Shown here piece after piece: positions 13,652 to 27,048 of a stretch of 64,000 nucleotides of DNA. The translations under genes and the position numbers were made by a program. Every line of letters starts with the position of its first letter. Within the stretch, counting starts at the first letter, position 1. The notes under the pieces were generated by a model. It was not told where the DNA came from and did no database searches. It saw nothing but the letters and a program-made list of their open reading frames with translations. Source of the DNA: Octopus sinensis (taxonomy: Eukaryota); assembly GCF_006345805.1 (NCBI RefSeq), contig NC_043024.1:6076001-6140000 (forward strand). Direction: 5' to 3'.

Positions 13652-14240
13652 TATTTCTTTATTGCCCGCAGAGGGGCTAAACACAGAGGGGACAAACAAG
13701 AACAGACAAAGGAGTTAAGTCAATTACATCGTCCCAGTGCGTAACTGGTACTTATTTAATCGACCCCGAAAGGATGACAGGCAAAGTCGACCTCGGCGGA
13801 ATTTGAACTCAGAACGTAACGGCAGACGAAATACCTATTTCTTTACTACCCACAGGGGGCTAAACACAGAGGGGACAAACAAGAACAGACAAAGGAGTTA
13901 AGTCAATTACATCGTCCCAGTGCGTAACTGGTACTTATTTAATCGACCCCGAAAGGATGACAGGCAAAGTCGACCTCGGCGGAATTTGAACTCAGAACGT
14001 AACGGCAGACGAAATACCTATTTCTTTACTACCCACAGGGGGCTAAACACAGAGGGGACAAACAAGGACAGACAAACGGATTAAGTAGACTAGATCGACT
14101 CCAGTGCGTAACTGGTACTTATTTAATCGACCCCAAAAGGATGAAAGGCAAAGTCGACCTCGGCGGAATTTGAACTCAGAACGCAACGGCAGACGAAATA
14201 CCACAAAGCATTTCGCCCGGCGTGCTAACGATTCTGCCTG
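13652..14240 (-). mobile_element. Head-to-tail trimer of the Meta-like SINE (about 183-bp period)
   Basis: Units start at 13652, 13836 and 14019; units 1 and 2 are nearly identical. Confidence 0.9.
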
Positions 14241-15337
14241 CATATAGATGATATACGTTACATATCCGCACTCGGCGCACACCTAACGATATGTTTGCTC
14301 TTGGTTAGATCGGATGTCAATTTGCTCAGTCAAATTATACATCGTTGCTATTATGCAAAAGTGTCGTAAGTCCAAAAGGTTGTTTTTTTTTTCTAGTTTC
14401 ACCATTCCATAGCAAAACTGCTGTACTACACTTTGACAATTTTTGATATCTTGGCATCTGAAGAAGCTGGAGATACGATAGTTTGGCCGAAAGAATTGGC
14501 TTTGGCAAGCAAAAATAAATATCGAAAAAAAAATACAGATTTGGACATACAACAGTTTAACATAATAGCTACGAATTATGTAGTAATAACAATAATAATA
14601 ATGGTGATGATGTTGATGATGCAATAGTAATCACATCAGTTTACTTTTCTTTCTCTTTTCCTTCCTCCCCTCCTCTTCTGCTTCTATTTGTTCTTCCCTT
14701 TTCTCTCCTCTTCTTCCTTCCTCCTTCCCTTCCTCCTCTTCTTCCTTCTTCCCTCTTCCTTTTCCTCTTTTCTTCATATTCCTGCCTCTTCACTTTGGGA
14801 ATTCGTTTGTAATTAATATTTGAGGAAGATGAGAGCTCTAAGACAGACAGATGTGTGTCTGGTTGTGGTGGCGGTGGCGGTGGTATATGTGTATGTCTAG
14901 TGGGTTGTGTGTGTGTGCATATTTACCTTCCTACATACTCATGCTTATTTGTAAATAAGATTCAGGTAAAAAAAAACCTTATAGAATGCTACATTATATA
15001 CATACATATATGCATATATATTTACATATATATATATATATACATATGCATGCATACATAAATATATAAACACATTTATATATATATCATCATCATCATC
15101 ATCATCATCATCGTTTAACGTCCGTTTTCCGCGCTAGCACGGGTTGGACGGTTTCGACCGGGGTCTGGAGAGCTCGGGACTGCCCCAGGCTCCAGTCTAG
15201 TCTGGCAGTGTTTCTACAGCTGGATGCCCTTCCTAACGCCAACCACTCCGCGAGTGTAGTGGGTGTTTTTTACGTGCCACCTGCACAGGTGCCAGAGGGG
15301 TCTGGCATCGGCCACGTTCGGATGGTGCTTTTTTTAT

Positions 15338-15814
15338 GGGGGGGGGGGGTGCAGAAATATAGGGGAGCACCAGTGGGAGGGGTGGTTCAGAGGACAGGTA
15401 ATAGGCAAGTAGAACGTAGGATATCGAGAGAGGGGTAATGCATGGTGAAATAGCGTATTGAAGAGGGGGCTTCAAAGAGTAGACACCTATAATGGTGGTG
15501 GGGGGGGTGCAGAAATATAGGGGAGCACCACGGGAGGGGTGGTTCAGAGGACAGGTTCTAGGCAAGTAGAACGTAGGATATCGAGAGAGGGGTAATGCAT
15601 GGTGAAATAGCGTATTGAAGAGGGGGGTTCAAAGAGCAGACACCTATAATGGTGGTGGGGGGGGTGCAGAAATATAGGGGAGCACCAGTGGCAGGGGTGG
15701 TTCAGAGGACAGGTTCTAGGCAAGTAGAACGTAGGATATCGAGAGAGGGGTAATGCATGGTGAAATAGCGTATTGAAAAGAGGGGTTCAAAGAGTAGACA
15801 CCTATAATGGTGGG
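15338..15814. repeat. G-rich tandem repeat, 3 x about 157 bp, abutting an RTE 3'-end fragment
   Basis: Anchor GTGCAGAAATATAGGGGAGCACCA at 15349, 15507 and 15664. Confidence 0.92.
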
Positions 15815-16139
15815 AGAAACGACATCCGGTATAGTTGAAGCAAAATAGAGATATCCGGTATTGGGGGTAGGGGTGGGGGTGGGTAGGGCGGGCGCGCCAC
15901 GAAGAACCGGCAGCCAATTTCTAATCAGCCCTGTAAGGGAGATAGATCTTAAATATCTATAACGATAACTAGTGAATTATACAGAATATGCAAAAACGAG
16001 GCGAGGCTGAAATAGTAAACAGAGTGGCGACTAGGGGGATCAGAATAATAATAATTAATAAATAATAATAATAAATAGAGATACGGATGAATTAAAGTTC
16101 AAAGATTTCTTATCTTGGGATCACTTCGTTTACGGACAG

Positions 16140-16187
<48 letters not shown>

Positions 16188-16646
16188 GTGTGTGTATGTG
16201 TGTGTGTGTGTTTTTATATATATATATATAATATATATATATATATGTCTCTATGTGTGTGTATGTAACTGCTATCTTTTGTTTCAGTAATTAGACTGCG
16301 GCCATGCTGGGGCACTGCTTCGAAGATTCTTAGTCCATTGAATTGACCCCGGAACTTGTTTCTTTTTTTTGTTTCTTTTATTAAACCTGGTACTTATTCT
16401 GTTGGTGCCTTTTGCTGAACTGCTAGGTTACAGGGATGTAGACACACCAACACCAGTTGTGTTGTGAGGAAGTGATGAGGGAGAAACACACACATACACA
16501 CGTGTAAAATGCACTTCTTTCAGTTTCTGTCTACCAAATACACTCACAAATATATATATATATATGTGTATATGTGTGTATATATATATAGTAGGTATGT
16601 ATATATGTGTATATGTGTATATATATATATAGTAGGTATGTATATA

Positions 16647-16685
<39 letters not shown>

Positions 16686-17040
16686 GTATGTATATATATA
16701 TATGTGTATATATATATATATATAGGTATGTATATGTATCTATATATATATGTATATATGTGATGGCTCATGGCCTAGTGGTTAGGGGGTTGTACTTACA
16801 ATCTTGAGATTGTGGTTTCAATTCCTAGACCAGATGCTGTATTGTGTTCTTGAGCAAAGCACTTCATCTCACGTTGCTTTGTAATCACTTCACACCTGAT
16901 GTATGATACACCGTGCACTCGTTCAGACAAGTGAGTTGATCTGTGGCACATTCATTTGATCACTGTAAACAAATCATTTGAGCAGGTCATTCGGCAAAAA
17001 GCTGAATGCTCTTACATTGTCTTTGATGGGAGGGCCCATC

Positions 17041-17080
<40 letters not shown>

Positions 17081-17630
17081 TATATCATCATCATCATCAT
17101 CATCGTTTAGCGTCCACTTTCCATGCTAGCATGGGTTGGACGGGTCAACTGGGGTCTGTGAAGCTGGAAGGCTTCGTCAGGCCCAGTCAGATCTGGCAGT
17201 GTTTCTACGGCTGGATGCCCTTCCTAACGCCAACCACTCCGCGAGTGTAGTGGGTGTTTTTTACGTGCCACCTGCACAGGTGCCAGACAGAGCTGGCGAA
17301 CGGCCATGAACGGATGGTGCTTTTACGTGTCACCGGCACGGGGCCAGGCGATGCTGGCAACGGACACGAACGGATGGTGCTTTTACGTGCCACCGACACG
17401 GGGCCAGACAGAGCTGGCAACCGGCCACGAACGGATGGTGCTTTTACGTATTTGTAAATTTATGGGTGAGTGTCTGGCTCAGTTGGATGCACAAGGAGCC
17501 ATGTTAGCATTGATATGTTAGCCTGAGTTAGCTCATCACTTTTTCGATCAATTGTTTAGATAATGTTGCTTTAACTGGAGTATATATATATCATTATTAT
17601 GATATATTATTATATAGTTATTATTATTAG

Positions 17631-17730
17631 NNNNNNNNNNNNNNNNNNNNNNNNNNNNNNNNNNNNNNNNNNNNNNNNNNNNNNNNNNNNNNNNNNNNNN
17701 NNNNNNNNNNNNNNNNNNNNNNNNNNNNNN
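17631..17730. other. Assembly gap (100 N placeholder)
   Basis: Run of N. Confidence 1.
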
Positions 17731-19142
17731 TAACTTAGCGGTTCAGCAAAAGAGACTGATAGAATAAGTACTAGGCTTACAAAGAATTAAGTCCTGGAGA
17801 CAATTTTCTCGACTAAAGGCAGCAGTGCTCCAGCATGGCCACAGTCAAATGACTGAAACAAGTAAAAGAGTAAAGAGTAACATGACTTGCAGTATAAAAG
17901 AGCAGAATAGTGTCACCGAAATGACTTTGCATCTCAGGTTTTATTAAAAATCTCTCATAAAACAATGAAACAAGCCAACCATTATTAACGCATAAAGCAT
18001 GACAGGCCATGATTGTGGTCCAGATAAATACATTCAATTTATGAGCGTTTGTTGGGGGTCTAATGTCACTCAAACGATACCCCCCAGAATGCCAGAGGAC
18101 CGTTATACACTAAGAAGATATTTTAATTATTTTTTTGTTTTTTATGTATGCATGGTAGTCTCATTTTCATAAAATGTGTTCAGCAGTCCATGTAAGTACA
18201 AATCCCAGGGCTTTATGGGTTAGATGAAACTTTTATTGAAGTTTAACTGTGACATTTTGACATTTTTATTCCTGAATTTTTATCGAAATTATCCTTCTTT
18301 TTTTAAATGGAAGTGTGTGAATTGTGGGAGATTTGGCTGTTATTTCTAGCAGGTCAAGTGACATACCACATAAAAAAGTCCATGTAGGTTGTGTGTTGTG
18401 GAGGTGTGTGACATATATATGTATGTATGTATGTTTAGACGTGTGTGTATGTGTTTGTGTTAGATGTTGACAATATAAACACAGCTGTAAATTGTAAACA
18501 GAGAAGGATACAATAATACACACACACGTGTGTGTGTGTGTGTGTGTATATTTTCTTGTATTGTTATATTCCAGGATGGTATTCGCTTTTTATTCCTCAC
18601 CAAAGAAACACAGGCGCTATATAATCGTTCTTCACTTGTTTATTATTGTTCTTCATTTTATAGTCATTGTCTGGAAATCTTTCATCGGTACCTTCTGTGA
18701 CCTCTTCAGTGACTCTCCATCCCATGTGACTCTGGCTCTTGTGTTTAAAAATGACCATCCCCCGAAACATAACGGTATCCGTTCCAACACACGATTTCAC
18801 ATCACATCAAGAATCTTTCAAAACAAACATATTTTTTTTCTTTTTGTTTGTACAAGTAGATCTATGAGCCACCGTTAACATTTAGTTTATCAGTAGCTTT
18901 AGTAGTCACTTAATAGTTCACATTTCAATACTAGTCGTCTATTTTAAGTACTTAGCCCTACCTTGTCCGACTAACAACTTAATTTTCCTCTCTCAAATAA
19001 AATGAAAGAAACTTTTAAATGGCATTATGCTATTTCATTCTTCAGCTTACTCTGACCTCTATTTGCCATGGCATATGTACACGTGCACACACATACATAC
19101 ACACTCATACACATTTACCTAAATACATATATCAAGTAGATA

Positions 19143-19536
19143 TCTCTATGTATATAAAGCTGAAGTTGTCTGTGTGTGGCAGGTTTGGTAGCCTTCAACT
19201 AACACTATCTTCTCCGAGACCCTGCGGCACAAGTTGACCAAAATTGAGAGTATGATAGAAGAAGGCTTGCTCTTCATTCCGTAGAAGAAAAAGTTCAAAT
19301 CGGACCATGTTAACACCAAAAATTATTTACATCAAAAAGCTGCTTTTTTTTTCTATGAAAATCCCTATTTTTTACGATTTTTTGACTGCTGTGTCGCCAT
19401 TTTTCGGTGTATTTCAACCAGAAAAATGTTCACTTAAAGAGAATAACAAGCTATATAAGGCAAAATTTTTACTTTTCAAAAATTCCAATTCTAAAGGGTT
19501 GAAACAAACCTGAGCAACGCCAGGCGATACTGCTAG
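19143..19536 (+). mobile_element. Short non-autonomous Helitron
   Basis: A|TC...CTAG|T termini with no TSD, subterminal hairpin CCTG-AGCAACGC-CAGG; ends shared with the 40343-40649 copy. Confidence 0.7.
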
Positions 19537-20738
19537 TGTATATATATTTATATACACACATATGTATTTATATACAGACATATATATGTACAAATATATA
19601 AATATACACACACATGCATATACATACACACACAAACATGCATGCATAGATATGCACTCACACACACGCATACATACATATGTATGCATATACATGTGAA
19701 TGTACATAGAGATATACATACATACAAACATGTATATACATGCAAACGTACATACACAATCACACATACATACATACATAGGCACAGGAGTGGCTGTGTT
19801 GTAAGTAACTTGCTTACCAACCACATGGTTCCGGATTCATTCCCACTGTGGCACCTTGGGCAAGTGTCTTCTACTATAGCCTCAGGCTGACCAAACCCTT
19901 GCGAGTGGATTTGGTAGATGGAAACTAAAAGAAGCCCATCGTATATATGTATATGTGTGTCTGTGTTTGGCCCCCAACATTGCTTGATAACCGATGCTGG
20001 TGTGTTTACATCCCCGTAACTTAGCGGTTTGGCATAAGAGACAAATAGAATAAGTACTAGGCTTACAAAGAATAAGTCCTGGGGTCGATCTGCTCGACTA
20101 AAGGCGGTGCTTCCGCATGGCTGCACTCAAATGACTGAAACGAGTAAAGAGTAAGAGTAATATATCTGTATGTATAACATCTCTCTCTCTCTCTCATCAT
20201 GATGAAGGAAGTTAACCTTTCAGGATAATTCATTCCATCTAAAGACTTTTTGAATAAATTCTTTCATTTTCTTCTTTCATTTGTGTTAACAAAGTATTTA
20301 ACCCTTTTAATGCGAAACCTCTAAGATTACAGTTAATTCTTTGAGATGATCTTCTCATTTTAAAGTGAGATCTAAATTAAAAGTTTATTTTCCAAAGAAA
20401 TGTGGCAGTCCTATGAAGCAGTGTTACTCAAAGTGGTGGTCCATGGACCGGTACCAGTTTGAGAGCCATCAGCTGCCAGTACGTGATGAGTTTTCAGAAA
20501 AGAAAGAAACATTATAAAATGCTTACTCTTTTACTTGTTTCAGTCATTTGACTGTGGTCATGCTGGAGCATCGCTTTTAGTCGAGCAAATTGACCCCAGG
20601 ACTTATTCTTTGTAAGCCTAGTACTTATTCTATTGGTCTCTTTTACTGAACTGCTAAGTTATGGGGATGTAAACACACCACCATCAGTTGTCAAGCGATG
20701 TTGGGGGGATAAGCACAGACACGCAAACATATACACAC

Positions 20739-20779
<41 letters not shown>

Positions 20780-21976
20780 GCTTCTTTCAGTTTCTGTCTA
20801 ACAAACCCACTCACAAGGCTTTGGTCAGCCCGAGGCTATAGTAGAAGACACTTGCCCAAGGTGCCATGCAGTGGGAATGAACCCGGAACCATGTGGTTGA
20901 TAAGCAAGCTACTTACCACATAGCCGCTCCTGCACTTATGTAATATTGTATTATTTGTTTACAAAATAAATATAATATAACAAAAAATTGTCAGCTTTTA
21001 TTATCTTCATTATATATATTATTTCTGGTATAAATCAATATTACTAAAAAATATTACTGATCCTGGGTACAGTGGAAGAAAAAAATCTGCTGGTATGCTA
21101 TATCAGATAGTTTAAGAAGCACTGCTATACCTTTCCTTCATTGGACACAAAACCCTGCTTGCGAAGACCTGGTGAGGCAAGTGAAATTGAAATCAAAATC
21201 AAATTCGATGACTGGCATCCGTGCTAGTGGAGCACTAGGAGCACCATCCGAGTGTGATCGTTGCCAGAGCAGCTGACTGGCTTCCATGCCGGTGGCACAT
21301 AAAAAGCACCATTCAACCATGATCGTTACCAGCATCACCTTACTGGCACTTGTGCCGGTGGCACATGAAAAAACATCATTTGAGCGTGGCCATTGCCAGT
21401 ACCGCCTGACTGGCCCGCGGAGTGGTTGGCGTTAGGAAGGGCATCCAGCTGTAGAAACTCTGCCAGATCAGATTGGAGCCTGGTGCAGCCATCTGGTTCG
21501 CCAGTTCTCAGTCAAATCGTCCAACCCATGCCAGCATGGAAAGCGGAATTAAATGATGATGATGATGATGAAAGTAGATGACAATACAAAAATATAATAG
21601 ACAACAATACAAAATATAAGATGACAATATTATTTCTTCCACCTTAGCGAAGACAGAGGTATTGTTTTCAGTTGTGTTTGTTTGTGGTGAAGATATCTCA
21701 AGAACTGCTGGATGGATTTGGATGAAACTTTCAGAGATGTTTGGCTTTGTGACTGGCAAGTACTGATTAGATATGGGGATCAATCCGGTTTATTTTTCTG
21801 TTTTTTTTTACTTAATTTTTGAGAGCGGTCGGTTTCATTTTTAGCATTCTCGTTTGTGAGAGCAGTTGAGTTTATTTCAGATATTCTCATTTTAAAAATC
21901 CTCTCTGGCTAATCATTGAGAGGAAGTTGGTGTTGCCTTGGCTGAGGTTTGCACTCTCTGCGTGCTCTTGTTTATT

Positions 21977-22397
21977 ACTCTTTTACTCTTTTATTCTTTT
22001 ACTTGTTTCAGTCATTTGACTGCGGCCATGCTGGAGCACCGCCTTTAGTCGAGCAAATCGACCCCGGGACTTATTCTTTGTAAGCCCAGTACTTATTCTA
22101 TCGGTCTCTTTTGCCGAACCGCTAAGTGACGGGGACATAAACACACTAGCATTGGTTGTCAAGCAATGCTAGGGGGACAAACACAGACACGCAAACATAC
22201 ATGCACATATGTATATATATATATACATATATACGACAGGCTTCTTTCAGTTTCCGTCTACCAAATCCACTCACAAGGCATTGGTCGGCCCGGGGCTATA
22301 GCAGAAGACACTTGCCCAAGATGCCACACAGTGGGACTGAACCCGGAACCATGTGGTTGGTAAGCAAGCTACTTACCACACAGCCACTCCTGCGCCT
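21977..22397 (-). mobile_element. Near full-length young copy of the CORE-type SINE
   Basis: Complete head-to-tail match to the family with most CpGs intact. Confidence 0.85.
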
Positions 22398-23789
22398 GTT
22401 AAAATAATATCAAAATGTATTTTTGACTCTAAATGATCAATCATGACCACATGTGAATGTATATTTCATGGCACACTGGTTGGGAACCTAAGGGTTAAAG
22501 TGATCTAAATTCAAATCTTCCATCAAAACTTCATTTTTATTTCTGTTCCAAATTTCAGTTTAATAATGATAAAGTTATTTTCCTAAATTCCATAGCAGCT
22601 AAATCTCCCTAAAATCATAACCAAGCATCTTGCCTGTAGGAGAACATATTGGATAATGTAAACTTTGATGTACAAGCTGGATGGTCATGGCTGGAATGCA
22701 TTTCATCATAGGACTGGACAGTTAAGGCTGCACTTGAACCAACCACCACTGCTGCCGCAACCGTGACAGCCATCACCAACATCACCACCATTACTACCAC
22801 CACTGTAACCAACACCACCATCATCATCATCACCAATGTCACCATCACCACCACCACCACCACCACCATCACCATATCAAACAGTTAATAATAGGAATAT
22901 TGCAGTATAAAAGTGTTGCAGCATTAAATATTTAATTAATTAATTAGATAATTCACTGACTAATATTTTGGTATATAAATCTGTGTGTTTTGTGTGTGTG
23001 TGTGTGTAGTGAAGGTGTATGGCTAAGTGGTTAGGGGTATTCTGTTCTTGATCATAATGTCATGAGTTCAATTCCTGGCGATGTATTGTATCCTTGAGCA
23101 AGACACTTTACTTCACATTGCTCCAAGTTCACTCAGATGGCAAAAATGAGTTGTACCTGTAATTCAAAGGGGCCAGCCTTGTCACACCTTGTGTCATGCT
23201 AAATCTCATTGACAACCACGTTAAGGGTACACGTGTCTGTGTAGTACTCAGCCACTTGCACAGACTGGCTGTTCAGCTGGAACCCTTGTTTACAACCAGC
23301 AGCTTACCAGATTTTTGTTATTGTGTGTGTTATATATTTAGGCGGCAAACTGGCAGAATCGTTAGCACACCGGGCGAAATGCCTAGCGGTATTTCGTCTG
23401 CCATTACGTTCTGAGTTCAAATTCTACCCAAGATCGACTCTGCCTTTCATCCTTTCGGGGTCAATAAATTAAGTACCAGTTACGCACTGGGGTCGATGTA
23501 ATCGACTTAATCCCTTTGTCTGTCCTTGTTTGTCCCCTCTATGTTTAGCCCCTTGTGGGCAATAAAGAAATAAGAAACATTAGCACGCCGGGTGAAATGC
23601 TTAGTGGTATTTTATCTGTCTTTACATTCTGAGTTCAAGTTCTGCTGAGGTCGACTTTGCTTTTAGTCCTTTCGGGATTGATAAATTAAGTATCAGTTGC
23701 ATACTGGGGTCGATCTAATTGAGTGGTCCCCACACTCCAAAATTTTGGGCCTTGTTCCTAGAGTAGAAAAGGTTATGTATGTATGTATG

Positions 23790-24025
23790 TGCTTGCTTGA
23801 TGGGACTGGGATCATGGGATCATCCCAGATTAGTGGCCCCAGAGACATCATCATGTATAGATGTGACCAGGTACACCAGTGCTCTCTGTCACTGACGGTC
23901 CCGTGCCAGCCCCTCTATATCTTTCAAGGTGACATCGAGCTTCTGGAGATCTTCCTTAATCCTGTGCAGCCATCTGGTGCAGGGCCTGCCATGAGGACCC
24001 CTCCATCCTGCAGCTGTTACATCAA
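23790..24025 (-). mobile_element. RTE-clade LINE ORF C-terminal fragment
   Basis: Translation WRGPHGRPCTRWLHRIKEDLQKLDVTLKDIEGLARDRQ matches the RTE C-terminal GRP..RW....DL...DR..W pattern. Confidence 0.65.
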
Positions 24026-24929
24026 ATGTATGTATGTATATGTGTATGTGTATGAGCAAATGTATGTGCATATGTATGTATGTTCTATAATTCTGTTACT
24101 TGTTTCAAACATTTGACTGTGGCCATGCTGGAGCACTGCCTTAAAGGGTTTTAGTCGAAGAAATTGACTCCAAGACTTATTGTTTGTTAGCCTTGAGCTT
24201 ATTCTATCAGTCTCTTTTGCTGAGCTGCTAAGTTATGGGGACATAAACACACCAGCATCGGTTGTCAATTGATGGTGGGGAGACAAACACACACACACAC
24301 ATAAACACACACACATAAACACACACACATACACACACGCATATACGATGGGCTTCTTTCAGTTTCCATTTTCCAAATCCACTCACAAGGCTTTAGTTGG
24401 CCCAAGGCTATAATAGAAGACGCCTGCACAAGGTGCCATGCAGCGGGACTGAACCCAGAACCATGTGGTTGGGAAGCAAGCTTCTTACCACACAGCCACG
24501 CCTATGTAGATGTCATGTCACGTTTTGTGTAACCGGAAACATGTCACCCTGTACAACCTGTCACATGGTTGGGTTGTTGACAACTAAACCAGTAACCCTA
24601 CTTAGCCTGCTTGGTAAGAAGGGTGATTCTGTTAGACAGCCTGTCAAACAGTGAATGATAATAGAACGAATGACCATCCAACAGCTGGAAGTGAGAGAGA
24701 CCCCCAGTCTTTGCTCAAATGTCTCTCTAGGAGCAGGAAAACTCTGGCAGAACAAGTGTGATCTTAAAGATAACATTTATCCCCACTTAAACATGGGTGG
24801 TCAGTTAGAACAAACTATACTGCCGCAGATACCATGAGAGAATCTCTCATATTGGCCTTTTGGTGCAAAATGCATTCTTGTTTATATCACTAGAGGGGAG
24901 ATAAATCCCTGCCATCTCCAGTGCTGAGA

Positions 24930-24976
24930 TCATTAGATCACATATTTTCGACCTTCCTGGGTCTCGTTGGTGATGG
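24930..24976 (-). ncRNA. Decayed type I hammerhead (core CCAACGA)
   Basis: Reverse complement reads CCATCA-CCAACGA-GACC-CAGGAA-GGTC-GAAA-ATATGTGA-TC|TAATGA. Confidence 0.6.
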
Positions 24977-25963
24977 ACTCTTGACTGTTAGAGATTACAG
25001 TGATTCTTCTCCTTACGTCTGATATATAGAAAAATATTCTAATAGGCATAGGAGTGGCTGTGTGGTAAGTAGCTTGCTTACAAACCACATGGTTCCGGGT
25101 TCAGTCCCAATGCGTGGCACCTTGGGCAAGTGTCTTCTACTACAGCCTCGGGCCAACCAAAGCATTGTGAGTGGATTTGGTAGACGGAAACTGAAAGAAG
25201 CCTGTTGTATATATGTGTGTGTGTGTATGTGTGTGTGTGTGTGTGTGTGTTTGTCTCCCCAACATCGCTTGACAACCGATGCTGGTGTGCTTACGTCCCC
25301 GTAACTTAGCAGTTCGGCAAAAGAGACCGATAGAATAAGTACTAGGCTTACAAAGAATAAGTCCTGGGGTCGATTTGCTCAACTAAATGACTGAAACAAG
25401 TGAAAGAGTAAAAGAGTACTCTAGGCACAAGGCCCAAAACTTTGGAGGAGGGGACACCAGTCGATTAGATCGACCCCAGTATGCAACTAGTACTTAATTT
25501 ACTGACCCCGAAAAAATGAAAGGTAAGGTTGACCTCGGCAGAATTTGAACTCAGAACGTAAAGCCAGATGAAATACTGCTAGGCATTTCGCCCGGTGTGC
25601 TAATGCTTCTGCTAGCTTGCTGCCTTGATATATAGAAAAATATTGCCTAACAGGTGCTGGTGTCACGATTAGACGGTGAGCTTGTTAAAGGATATACATT
25701 AGCGACAGAAACAGTATTAATACTGATAAGTAATACTTATCCCCACTTGAAACATGGATGTTCTATTGGAACAAACTATACTGCAGTGGTTGCCATGAGA
25801 GAAACTCTCAATTTTGGCTTTTGATGCAAAATGCACACTTATTTATATTGCTACCAGGGAGATAAATACCCACCATCTCCAGTGCCAAGACCTGTTCGGG
25901 TGCTGTTTTTCTATATATCACTGGTGGGGAGATAAGTCGCTGTTATCTCTAGCAGTCAAGTGT

Positions 25964-26010
25964 CCATCACTGATGAGACCAAAGAAGGTCAAAATTACGT
26001 GATCTGGTGG
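25964..26010 (+). ncRNA. Type I hammerhead with G12A lesion
   Basis: CCATCA-CTGATGA-GACC-AAAGAA-GGTC-AAAA-TTACGTGA-TC|TGGTGG: 6-bp stem I, 4-bp stem II, ACGT-looped stem III. Confidence 0.65.
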
Positions 26011-26710
26011 TTTTGGCATTGGAGATGGCAGTGACTCGTCTCTCTGCTAGTGATATATAGAAAAACAGTGCTAGAACAGGCCCTGGTGTCACAATTAGCC
26101 AATGAGCTTTGACTTTGTCTCTATTCACTGATGTAGAGTAATGCTTCTTTTTTATATAGAGTGGGATTGGTCCCGAGCAAGCTATTTCTCTCTTTGAGAA
26201 GCTTCATACAAAGGCATCATTTGATTTTCAACATCTCTAACCACCTCTGTTGTGTGTTGCATGCAATGGCTTCATGTAATTGAAAAATGCAAACCACTCA
26301 ATAAAAAATACCAAGATGGAATAAAGCCGTCTGTTAGTGCAGGCAGTAAGCACTCTGAACGCCTGCTGCTAGAGGCCTCCATCATTACCACATCTGTGCA
26401 AAATAGAGTAGGTCCTTAACAGGACTGAAAATTCACATCCGTTTTTGCTCATGTTTAAGAAAACAATCAAGCATTGTTCAAAATCAAGTTCCAGTCATGC
26501 AGGTGTGTATGTATTGGATACTTATATGTGTGTATGTGTGTGTGTGTTTATATATATAAGTATATAGATGTGTGTGTATATATTCATATATATATATATA
26601 TATATATAATTGAAAAATAGTAGTTAGCGTGAAAAACCTCAGAAGGGAAAATCCATCAATTTTTCCTCTTAAATATATTTATTTAAATATAAATGAGATT
26701 TACTATTGCT

Positions 26711-26742
<32 letters not shown>

Positions 26743-27017
26743 ATATATTATTTAATTAAATATATATATATTATTTAAATAAATAAATATATATATATAA
26801 TTTAAATATATATATATATAATTTAAATATATATATATATATAAGAGAAGAACCACCATATATACACAAATAAATATACACACAAATATATATACATACA
26901 TATATTACCAGGTGGTCCTCTAATTTTTATATTGTGAAATTTGATTTAGTATTACTAAATTGAATTTTTCCCTGTAAGTTTGGAATTATATTCCCTAATA
27001 TTATTATTATACATGTA

Positions 27018-27048
<31 letters not shown>

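Larger units (their letters stand above)
24770..26090. mobile_element. Composite element with direct and inverted internal repeats and two decayed hammerheads, interrupted by SINEs (about 25050-25630); Penelope-like LTR architecture
   Basis: 24776-24925 resembles 25737-25885 (direct); 24910-25000 resembles the reverse complement of 25950-26030; 25890-25925 resembles the reverse complement of 26050-26085. Confidence 0.55.

Noticed and set aside
14250-14371. CpG-rich patch ending in TC|GTAAGT as WFS1 non-coding exon 1
   Set aside because: GTAAGT hexamers are expected by chance, the exonic side is non-consensus, and nothing favours it over other candidates.
15897-15918. CCACG and CCAAT near each other, suggesting an ER-stress element for WFS1
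   Set aside because: Order and spacing (CCACG-N12-CCAAT) match neither ERSE (CCAAT-N9-CCACG) nor ERSE-II (ATTGG-N-CCACG).
17631-17730. The scaffold gap as the sole cause of the CpG transition
   Set aside because: CpG-depleted copies already occur left of the gap (16.3-17.0 kb), although contiguity across the gap remains unverified.
18597-18814. Minus-strand ORF or last exon with a downstream AATAAA (about 17945)
   Set aside because: An in-frame TGA (18809-18807) lies between the acceptor and the ORF, and there is no recognisable homology.
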